Shown here piece after piece: positions 16,731 through 23,370 of a DNA stretch of 23,370 nucleotides (positions are counted from its first letter, which is position 1; each line of letters starts with the position of its first letter). Both the position numbers and the translations under genes were made by a program. Under the pieces are notes generated by a model that saw nothing but the letters and a program-made list of their open reading frames with translations, made no database searches and was not told the DNA's origin. This stretch comes from Ktedonobacteraceae bacterium. GTDB lineage: Bacteria > Chloroflexota > Ktedonobacteria > Ktedonobacterales > Ktedonobacteraceae. The stretch is from contig JBPCJY010000167.1 in NCBI GenBank assembly GCA_051004815.1, positions 1 through 23,370 on the forward strand. Direction: 5' to 3'.

Positions 16731-18317
16731 ATGCCTACACAGATGACAATACATACAACTCCTTTACGAACTCAACCACAGCAGATACATGCCAACCGCC
16801 TCATCATTGCAACCAACCGTGGGCCAGTTGAATATTATCTGAGCCAGAATCAGGAGTTAAAGTACCGACGCGGTGCTGGTGGTATGGTCACTGCACTGAT
16901 CGACGCTGGCAACAGCATGGAAGTAACGTGGGTCGCAATGGCGATGACCGAAGGTGATCGGATCGCCTTGAAGGAAGCCCAGAAGAACAATGACGGTCTG
17001 ATGCAATCTCCACTGCGCGGACAAAAAATGCAGTTGCGCTATGTCGCCGTCTCCAAGGCTGCCTATCGTAAGCACTACGAGTCTATCAGCAATCAAGTCC
17101 TATGGTTTTTACAGCACTACCTGTACAATCCCAACGAAGATACGGCCATCACACGCCGTATGCAAGATGCCTGGGTGAACGGCTATTGTGTCGCGAACCG
17201 GGCGATTGCCGATGCGGTTTGCGCGGAAATTGAGCGCGAAGATAGCTCTGCCGTGGTCATGCTGCACGATTACCATCTCTATCTGGCCCCTGGCATGATC
17301 CGCAAAGCTCATCCTTCGGTCACTATACAGCAATTTATCCATATTCCCTGGCCCGATGTGCGCTGTTGGCATTTCTTACCGAGCAATATTACGCAGGCTA
17401 TCTATAGTGGCCTGGTGGGCAATGATATCATTGGCTTCCAGACGGAGCGCGATGCACATAATTTCCTGGAAGGAGTTCGCACATTACTCGAAGGGGCTGT
17501 AGTTGATTTCGAGGAAGAGGCCATTTGGTATCAAGGACGGCGCATCCAGGTTCGTGCCTATCCTATCTCTATCTCTGTGACCGAGGAACGCCGTGTGGTC
17601 AACAGCGTGGCGGGTAAACGCGCTAGCGAGAAAATCGTGCCGCTACTGGGCAAAAAGACGATCATGCGCGTAGACCGTATCGAGCCTACCAAGAATATCT
17701 TACGTGGTTTCCAGGCTTATGGACAAATGTTGGATGAGCATCCTGAGCTACAGGGTGAAGTCAATTTCCTGGCATTTCTTGTACCCTCGCGTCAGGCACT
17801 GCCGATCTATCAACGCTATAATACTGATGTTTTGAAAACAATTGACGAGATTAACCAGAAGTACGGTACGGAGCAATGGAAGCCTATTCACGCCTTTTGC
17901 GATAACGACCGCACACGGGCACTGGCAGCCATGCAGTTGTACGATGTCCTGCTCGTCAACCCTATTATTGACGGCATGAATCTTGTCGCCAAAGAAGGGC
18001 CAGCCGTCAACAAGCGCGACGGCGTCCTGGTGCTCTCACGCACAGCCGGAGCGTTCCAGCAGCTGGAGAAAGCAGCCATTCCGACCTCTCCGACGGATGT
18101 CACGGAAACTGCCCAGGCTCTTTACCTCGCCTTGACATTGCCAGATGATGAACGAGCGGCGAAGGCGAAACTGGCCCGGAAGAGCGTTGAGGAGAACGAC
18201 CTTAACATGTGGCTCACACGCCAAATTCGCGATCTCAACGAATTGCTTGATCGCAACTTACCCACACTTCATAGTCGTAGATATTTGTCCACTCCATTAG
18301 TAGCGAGCATGGGGTAA
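16731..18317 (+). CDS. otsA: GT20-family alpha,alpha-trehalose-phosphate synthase-like glycosyltransferase (OtsA-like; a related glucosylglycerol-phosphate synthase cannot be excluded)
   Basis: NRLIIATNRGPVEY, LHDYHLYLAPGMIRK, DIIGFQTERDAHNFL, RVDRIEPTKNI and VNPIIDGMNLVAKEG. AAAGGA sits 6 nt before the ATG. Confidence 0.75.
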   Translation: MPTQMTIHTTPLRTQPQQIHANRLIIATNRGPVEYYLSQNQELKYRRGAGGMVTALIDAGNSMEVTWVAMAMTEGDRIALKEAQKNNDGLMQSPLRGQKMQLRYVAVSKAAYRKHYESISNQVLWFLQHYLYNPNEDTAITRRMQDAWVNGYCVANRAIADAVCAEIEREDSSAVVMLHDYHLYLAPGMIRKAHPSVTIQQFIHIPWPDVRCWHFLPSNITQAIYSGLVGNDIIGFQTERDAHNFLEGVRTLLEGAVVDFEEEAIWYQGRRIQVRAYPISISVTEERRVVNSVAGKRASEKIVPLLGKKTIMRVDRIEPTKNILRGFQAYGQMLDEHPELQGEVNFLAFLVPSRQALPIYQRYNTDVLKTIDEINQKYGTEQWKPIHAFCDNDRTRALAAMQLYDVLLVNPIIDGMNLVAKEGPAVNKRDGVLVLSRTAGAFQQLEKAAIPTSPTDVTETAQALYLALTLPDDERAAKAKLARKSVEENDLNMWLTRQIRDLNELLDRNLPTLHSRRYLSTPLVASMG

Positions 18318-18319
18318 AT

Positions 18320-18377
18320 AAATAAAGAGATGGCCCTCATCCTGGCGCACGCCAGGATGAGGGCCATCTCTTTATTT
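18320..18377. terminator. Bidirectional terminator between convergent genes, a 27-28-bp perfect hairpin flanked by A/T runs on both sides
   Basis: AAATAAAGAGATGGCCCTCATCCTGGCG-ca-CGCCAGGATGAGGGCCATCTCTTTATTT. The otsA-like stop lies 3 nt upstream, and the macro-domain stop codon sits inside the right arm. Confidence 0.75.
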
Positions 18378-18911
18378 ATCTGCTTGTACATCCCGCAAAG
18401 CCCTCTCGTAGGCCTGATAGGCCTCATTGCCATAGAGTACCATCGTCACATGTTTGAGGGTGGTAGGCTGCTGAATGTGTGCGATAATCGTGCGCAAAGC
18501 CACCGGGGCCGCCAGTTCCAGCGGATAACCATAGACGCCTGTGCTGAGCGAAGGAAAGGCGATGCTCTCTATGCGGTACTGCTCCGCCAGCTTCAGACAA
18601 CTTTGGTACGCGCTTGCCAGCAATCTTTCATCTTCCTTGCTTCCCTGGTAGATTGGCCCCACGGCGTGAAAGACGTATTTAGCGGGTAGTTTGCCAGCGG
18701 TGGTGGCTACCGCGCTGCCGGTGGGGCAAGTGCCTATCTTGCGGCACTCCATCATGATATTTGGCCCACCTGCATGGTGAATCGCACCATCCACGCCACC
18801 TCCACCACGCAGACCGGAATTAGCGGCGTTGACAATCGCGTCCGCCCGCACTTTGACAATATCTCCCTGCAACAGTGCCAGGGTCACACCATTCATCGTC
18901 AGCGTTGACAT
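18372..18911 (-). CDS. Macro-domain protein, MacroD/YmdB-type (O-acetyl-ADP-ribose deacetylase / mono-ADP-ribosyl hydrolase)
   Basis: GDIVKVRADAIVNAANSGLRGGGGVDGAIHHAGGP, AKYVFHAVGPIY and SIAFPSLSTGVYGYP. ATG at 18911 has a GGAGAGG RBS and lies 23 nt after the E2 stop. Alternative starts at 18935 (ATG) and 18938 (GTG) would overlap the E2 stop. Confidence 0.85.
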   Translation of the reverse strand: MSTLTMNGVTLALLQGDIVKVRADAIVNAANSGLRGGGGVDGAIHHAGGPNIMMECRKIGTCPTGSAVATTAGKLPAKYVFHAVGPIYQGSKEDERLLASAYQSCLKLAEQYRIESIAFPSLSTGVYGYPLELAAPVALRTIIAHIQQPTTLKHVTMVLYGNEAYQAYERALRDVQADK

Positions 18912-18934
18912 AAACACCTCTCCCCAATTTTGCA

Positions 18935-20257
18935 TCACAACATCAAGCCAAATGGCTCCTCCAGCAGACGCTTCACTTCTTGCAAGAAACGGGCCGCCAA
19001 GGCACCATCAATCGCACGATGGTCGGACGAGAGCGTCACTTTCACGCGGCTGCGTACAACTACCTGACCATCCACTACGACAGGCGTTGGCGTAATCGTA
19101 CCGATGGCAAGAATGGCGGACTCCGGTGGATTAATTACCGCCGTAAAGCTCTCTACATCGTACATACCAAGATTGCTAACGGTGAATGTACCGCCGCTGA
19201 AATCCTCCGGGCGCAATCTCCCTGCGCGGGCCGCGTCAGCCAGCCGACGCGTCTCATGTGCGATATCCAGGATGCCGCGCACATCCGCGTTACGCAAGAC
19301 AGGTACAATCAAGCCCTCTTCAAGGGCCACAGCCACACCAATATGTACCTGCTTCTTCATCAACAAGCGGTCTTCCGCGAAGGAGACATTGACCTGTGGC
19401 ATGCGTAGCAACGCCTTAGCAACGGCCTTGATGATCAGATCGTTGTAGCTGACCTTGACGGGTGCTGGGTCATTGGCGGCATACTCGTTGATCTGCTGAC
19501 GCAGCAGTGCCAGTTTCTCCGTGTCGATTACGGTGGTCACAAAGAAGTGAGGGGCCGTCTGCATACTCTGGCTCAATCGTCGTGCGATAGTACGGCGCAT
19601 GGCGGTAAGCGGGACCTCGACCACATCATCGGCAATGGCTGGAACAATGAACGGCTCTTGTGCGGGAGTCGCTGAAGCGGGTATAGCAATGGCTGGCGGG
19701 GTCACAGGAGTTGGTGCAACAGTAATGCCAGCTTGCACCTGGGCCAGGGCTGCCTCAATATCCATTTTGATAATGCGCCCGTTGGGGCCGGTCCCTTGCA
19801 GCGTCGCATAATTCAGTTGGTGCTCCTCAGCCAGGCGACGTGCCAGGGGCGAGATAAAAATACGCCCTTCCTTGCCTGTTGTGATAACAGGTGGGGAAGC
19901 TAGTGCTGTCGCGACACTCGCGGTAGCCCTCTCTTTAGTGCCTTGCCCATTGTGAGCAGAGCTGGTGCCAGGCGCGTGTGTTGTCGTCCCATTGCCACCG
20001 AAGTTGCCGGGCAAAGGTTCATCGGCAGCACCAATCAGGGCGATCTCCGCGCCTACCAGGGCCGATGCCCCTTCGGGAACTACTATCTTGCGTAGCAAAC
20101 CGCTCGCGAAGGCCTCGATCTCAATATTGACCTTATCGGTCTCCACTTCCGCCAGCGATTCCCCTTTTTTGACCGGGTCGCCCTCTTTTTTAAGCCAGCG
20201 TAGAATCTTGCCCTCTTCCATGCTGTCGCCCATCTTGGGCATTTCCACTTTTTTCAT
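18935..20257 (-). CDS. Dihydrolipoyllysine-residue acyltransferase (E2) of a 2-oxo-acid dehydrogenase complex with a single lipoyl domain, most likely pyruvate dehydrogenase E2
   Basis: Lipoyl domain MPKMGDSMEEGKI...AEVETDKVNIEIEA, a peripheral subunit-binding domain, and a catalytic domain ending ...SSDHRAIDGALAARFL. Confidence 0.9.
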   Translation of the reverse strand: MKKVEMPKMGDSMEEGKILRWLKKEGDPVKKGESLAEVETDKVNIEIEAFASGLLRKIVVPEGASALVGAEIALIGAADEPLPGNFGGNGTTTHAPGTSSAHNGQGTKERATASVATALASPPVITTGKEGRIFISPLARRLAEEHQLNYATLQGTGPNGRIIKMDIEAALAQVQAGITVAPTPVTPPAIAIPASATPAQEPFIVPAIADDVVEVPLTAMRRTIARRLSQSMQTAPHFFVTTVIDTEKLALLRQQINEYAANDPAPVKVSYNDLIIKAVAKALLRMPQVNVSFAEDRLLMKKQVHIGVAVALEEGLIVPVLRNADVRGILDIAHETRRLADAARAGRLRPEDFSGGTFTVSNLGMYDVESFTAVINPPESAILAIGTITPTPVVVDGQVVVRSRVKVTLSSDHRAIDGALAARFLQEVKRLLEEPFGLML

Positions 20258-20394
20258 GTTAAATTCTTTCCGATTCCATGGCCTACCAGGACGCGATGAT
20301 GAAGTTTAACCCATTACATGGGATAATCACACAACCAGGACGGGCCGATAAATCGGCCCCTACGCTGATTTCGTTACGGCTCATCGTTGCGTCC

Positions 20395-21393
20395 TTACTG
20401 GCGCACGAGGGCGGCGGGTACTATTGCTTTGACGGCATCAATGATTTCGCCCTTCCGGGGAATAGCGGCGCGTTCCAGGACTTTTGAGTAGGGCATGGGT
20501 ACATCGGCTCCGGTCACATGTTTTATGGGCGCGTCCATGTAGTCGAAGGCGTGCTCGTAAATCAGCGCGGCCAATCCTTGTCCGGTACCGTAATACTTCC
20601 AACCTTCTTCAGCGATTACCACGCGATTCGTCTTCTGCACGGAATCAACGATCAGGTCAATATCGATAGGACGAATGCTGCGCAGGTCGATGACTTCGGC
20701 ATCAATCCCTGCTTGCGCCAGGTCTTCTGCTGCCTGGAGGACGACATGCAACATGCGCGAAAAGGTAATGATGGTCACGTCGCGCCCTTCACGTTTCACT
20801 TCGCCACGATTAAGCGGAACCAGGTATTCAACGCCCTCGTCCGGCACCTCGCCCTTGACGTTGTAGAGCAGTTCGTGCTCGATAAAGAGCACGGGGTCAG
20901 GGTCGCGCACAGCAGATTTGAGCATGCCCTTGACATCGTAAGGGGTGGCAGGCATCACCACCTTTAGTCCAGGAATATGGGCATACCATGACTCGAACAT
21001 CTGAGAGTGCTGGGCCGCTCGTTGCGCACCACCGCCCGCGGGCGTGCGCACCACGAGAGGCATAGCGGCCTGTCCACCGAACATGTAGCGCATCTTGGCC
21101 GCGCTATTGACGAGTAGATCGCTCGCGAGCAGACTAAAGTTGATGGTCATGATTTCCAGGATGGGTCTCAGTCCGCCCAGGGCAGCACCAATAGCGGCAC
21201 CGGTGATGACCTCTTCCGCCAGGGGAGTATCACGCACGCGTTTCTCGCCGAACTCCTCGACCAGGCCCTTGCTGACGGCATAGGTGCCACCATAGCCGGC
21301 AATATCTTCGCCCAGGATAAAGACACGCTCGTCACGCAACATCTCTTCGCGGATGGCTTCACGCAGCGCGTCACGATAGGTAAGTACACGCAT
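20395..21393 (-). CDS. 2-oxo-acid (pyruvate) dehydrogenase E1 component beta subunit
   Basis: MRVLTYRDALREAIREEMLRDERVFILGEDI..., transketolase-like Pyr and C-terminal domains. The start lies 6 nt after the E1alpha stop, with the RBS inside the upstream gene. Confidence 0.9.
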   Translation of the reverse strand: MRVLTYRDALREAIREEMLRDERVFILGEDIAGYGGTYAVSKGLVEEFGEKRVRDTPLAEEVITGAAIGAALGGLRPILEIMTINFSLLASDLLVNSAAKMRYMFGGQAAMPLVVRTPAGGGAQRAAQHSQMFESWYAHIPGLKVVMPATPYDVKGMLKSAVRDPDPVLFIEHELLYNVKGEVPDEGVEYLVPLNRGEVKREGRDVTIITFSRMLHVVLQAAEDLAQAGIDAEVIDLRSIRPIDIDLIVDSVQKTNRVVIAEEGWKYYGTGQGLAALIYEHAFDYMDAPIKHVTGADVPMPYSKVLERAAIPRKGEIIDAVKAIVPAALVRQ

Positions 21394-21399
21394 CGCAGG

Positions 21400-22425
21400 C
21401 TATTTCCTCTCGTAGCGGTAAGTGAGAGCGGTAGAATTATCGACCAGCACATCGGTAAAGAGTTCTTCCGGCGCGGGGTCAGGACTATTTTCGGCGAATT
21501 CGGCGGCTTCTTCGGAAATCTGGGTGGCGCGTGCATCGTTTTCATCAAATTCGGACTGGTTCGCCAGGCCGGCCTCTAACAAGCGTTTCTCAAAAATGCC
21601 GATGGGGTCGCGGGTGGAACGCCATTGTTGTTCTTCCTCGCGGGTACGATAATAGGCGGGGTCGGTCATGGAGTGGCCGCGGAAACGGTACGTTTTGATC
21701 TCTAACAGCGTTGGGCCTTCACCGTCGCGAGCATGCTCGACGGCGCGTTTCATCCCTTCGTATACTGCCAGTACATCCATACCGTCGATCTGCTCACCGG
21801 GCATACTATAAGCGGCAGCTCGCGGCAACAGGCTATCTACGGACCAGGCTTTAGTAACCGCCATGCCCATAGAATACTGGTTATTTTCGCAAATGTACAC
21901 GACTGGTAGTTTCCAGATGGAGGCCAGGTTGAGGGATTCGTGAAAAGCACCTTCATCTACGGCACCATCGCCGAAGTAACAGGCTATGACGGTATCCTCT
22001 CCCTGATATTGGACGGCCAGGGCTACACCGGCGGCGATAGGCATTTGCGCGGCAACAATCCCATTGCCGCCATACACGCCCAGTTCGTTGCTCCACATGT
22101 GCATGGAGCCGCCTTTGCCCTTACTACAGCCAGTGATTTTGCCAAATAATTCGGCCATGACCGCACCCGGTTCCATACCCTTTGCCAGCGCGTGGCCGTG
22201 TTCTCGATAGCTACAGAGAATCTTGTCGCTGGGACGCAAAGCGGCAATGGTGCCCACCCCCACGGCCTCCTGGCCGATATACAGGTGCATGAAGCCACCA
22301 ATTTTACCGCGTGTATACTCTTCGGCACTCTTCTCCTCGAAGCGGCGCAGAAGTGCCATTGTATAATGCATCTCCATTAATGCCGTACGGGGTAATCCCG
22401 CCAGCGTTGCATTGCTAATCGCCAT
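21400..22425 (-). CDS. 2-oxo-acid (pyruvate) dehydrogenase E1 component alpha subunit (TPP-binding)
   Basis: YFGDGAVDEGAFHESLNLA...PVVYICENNQYSMG (TPP motif) and YRFRGHSMTDPAYYR. ATG at 22425 (MAISNATLAG) has a GAAGGGGG RBS. The ORF-track start at 22572 adds 49 non-conserved residues and is rejected. Confidence 0.9.
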   Translation of the reverse strand: MAISNATLAGLPRTALMEMHYTMALLRRFEEKSAEEYTRGKIGGFMHLYIGQEAVGVGTIAALRPSDKILCSYREHGHALAKGMEPGAVMAELFGKITGCSKGKGGSMHMWSNELGVYGGNGIVAAQMPIAAGVALAVQYQGEDTVIACYFGDGAVDEGAFHESLNLASIWKLPVVYICENNQYSMGMAVTKAWSVDSLLPRAAAYSMPGEQIDGMDVLAVYEGMKRAVEHARDGEGPTLLEIKTYRFRGHSMTDPAYYRTREEEQQWRSTRDPIGIFEKRLLEAGLANQSEFDENDARATQISEEAAEFAENSPDPAPEELFTDVLVDNSTALTYRYERK

Positions 22426-22583
22426 AGGCCCCCTTCTGAAGTGTAAAACGTAGATATATGCCCAGACCGCCATACGGCATTGTATGCGTTGAGGCCTTTT
22501 CCTCTCACAGCACTGTGATCTTTCGTTTTGTATTGTACCGCAAAGAAGTTGAGATGCATAGAGAGATGCCAAAAATAGTGAAA

Positions 22584-22644
22584 CCTCTTGCAGAGATTGG
22601 CTTATGGAACCTTACTAATTCCATAAGCCAATCTCTGCAAGAGG
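22584..22644 (-). terminator. Terminator for the HU gene, a 26-27-bp perfect hairpin followed on the minus strand by UUUCACUAUUUUUGG
   Basis: CCTCTTGCAGAGATTGGCTTATGGAA (22584-22609) / TTCCATAAGCCAATCTCTGCAAGAGG (22619-22644), loop CCTTACTAA. It sits between the HU stop (22747) and the pdh promoter region. Confidence 0.65.
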
Positions 22645-22746
22645 TCAAGACTCTCAGGCAGTGAGGGGAATGGGTGATGCTGTGGATACGCCTCTGTTGG
22701 TATTCCCGAAGAAGCACCCCAGCATCGTATATCCGCAGGGATCACC

Positions 22747-23070
22747 CTACTTTTTGACGACAGCGTCCGCGAGTTCTTTTCCGGGGAAGAAACGCACACG
22801 TTCTTTCGCGGGTACCTCGATGGGTTTTTGGTCGCGTGGGTTCACTCCTTTGCGTGCCGCGCTCTGGCGCACTTTGAATGAGCCAAAGCCAACCAAACGC
22901 ACCTCATTACCGCTCTGAAGAGCCTCACGAATGGACTTCAAAGTAGCTTCTAAGGCTGCTTGGGCCTGCTTCTGGGAGATGTCCGCCTGTTGAGCAATGC
23001 GCTTTGTCAGTTCCTGTCTACCAACGGTACTCAGGGTCGATTCGGTTTTTGCCTTTTTCTCTGGGGCCAT
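22747..23070 (-). CDS. HU/IHF-family nucleoid-associated DNA-binding protein with a short Lys-rich N-terminal extension
   Basis: LTKRIAQQADISQKQAQAALEATLKSIREAL...VRLVGFGSFKVRQSAARKGVNPRDQKPIEVPAKERVRFFPGKEL. ATG at 23070 (MAPEKKAK) has an AAGGAGGA RBS 10 nt upstream. The ORF-track start at 23154 is rejected. Confidence 0.85.
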   Translation of the reverse strand: MAPEKKAKTESTLSTVGRQELTKRIAQQADISQKQAQAALEATLKSIREALQSGNEVRLVGFGSFKVRQSAARKGVNPRDQKPIEVPAKERVRFFPGKELADAVVKK

Positions 23071-23173
23071 GGGTTCAAAGTCCTCCTTACAACAATCAAC
23101 GCACGCCGCCTCTCGTCCCAAATTCGTATTGTTGGGCCTGTGAAGCGGCATCACAACCTCACTGCCGTTTAGG

Positions 23174-23202
23174 AGTATAGCACGCGATTCTCAGAAATAC
23201 AA
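23174..23202 (-). promoter_or_regulatory. Candidate sigma70-type promoter of the HU gene: TTGTAT, 17-nt spacer, TATACT
   Basis: Minus strand reads cTTGTATttctgagaatcgcgtgcTATACTcc, about 100 nt upstream of the HU ATG. Confidence 0.4.
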
Positions 23203-23370
23203 GCGTGTAAACTTGCCCCAGGGCTAGGTTTATGTCTTCCATCGGCCTGGGAAGCCGGTTTACAGCAAACATCCAGACAGAAAATTGGCTTCTTGAGCGG
23301 CCCCAAACCGCCTCTCGACACGTTGTACAAGAGTGCCAGGGCGACCGCGAGGGTCGCCCCTACTATACTA

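Noticed and set aside
20341-20358. GGGCCGAT-aa-ATCGGCCC hairpin between the E1beta and E2 genes
   Set aside because: It has an 8-bp stem but no U-tract on the transcribed (minus) side. It is probably an intra-operon stabilising or processing structure, if anything, and too weak to call a feature.
22458-22717. Small ORFs 22458..22664 (+) and 22505..22717 (-) between HU and pdhA
   Set aside because: They span the 27-bp perfect terminator hairpin and translate palindromic sequence, so they are not credible genes.
23339-23359. GC-rich hairpin GGGCGACC-gcgag-GGTCGCCC at the right window edge
   Set aside because: It is not followed by a U-tract on either strand and lies upstream of the HU promoter. 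Its function is undetermined and it is truncated by the window end.

Overview
This 23.4-kb window reads as a chromosomal segment from a moderate-GC bacterium, possibly Chloroflexota/Ktedonobacteria-like, though that is only a guess from protein composition. It carries mostly core-metabolism genes, chiefly on the minus strand. From left to right these are: a 5'-truncated DUF4351 (Rpn-family) gene; a PSP1/RicT-like gene followed by an SPFH/band-7 membrane protein gene; a REC-ANTAR (PdtaR-like) response regulator; a type I-beta DAHP synthase; a ROK-family sugar kinase; a membrane-anchored Ser/Thr-kinase-like pseudokinase; a 917-aa double-FtsX permease; isoaspartyl peptidase; an alpha/beta hydrolase with a Ser-to-Gly nucleophile substitution; enolase; a low-complexity membrane hypothetical; RNase PH; an OtsA-like GT20 synthase; a MacroD-type macro-domain gene directly behind a 2-oxo-acid dehydrogenase E1alpha-E1beta-E2 operon; and an HU-type DNA-binding protein. 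No rRNA, tRNA or CRISPR was seen. The most interesting unannotated signal is in the 5' leader of the DAHP synthase gene. It holds a 22-codon ORF (MLSSQRTITQQYSFWYWFSPPA) packed with Tyr/Phe/Trp codons, whose stop codon sits inside a 15-bp hairpin, followed 4 nt later by an intrinsic terminator and then a pyrimidine-rich 11-bp tandem repeat before the RBS. This is a candidate ribosome-mediated aromatic-amino-acid attenuator. Other notable points are a family of long nested palindromic repeats (two copies sharing a CGCTCAGAATGACAG core), unusually long perfect terminator hairpins (27-28 bp), a 63-bp tandem repeat giving the PSP1 protein a (CGSCG)n Cys/Gly tail, and the macro-domain gene joined to the lipoylated E2 operon. 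All calls come from reading the sequence and recalling protein families; no database searches or folding computations were run.
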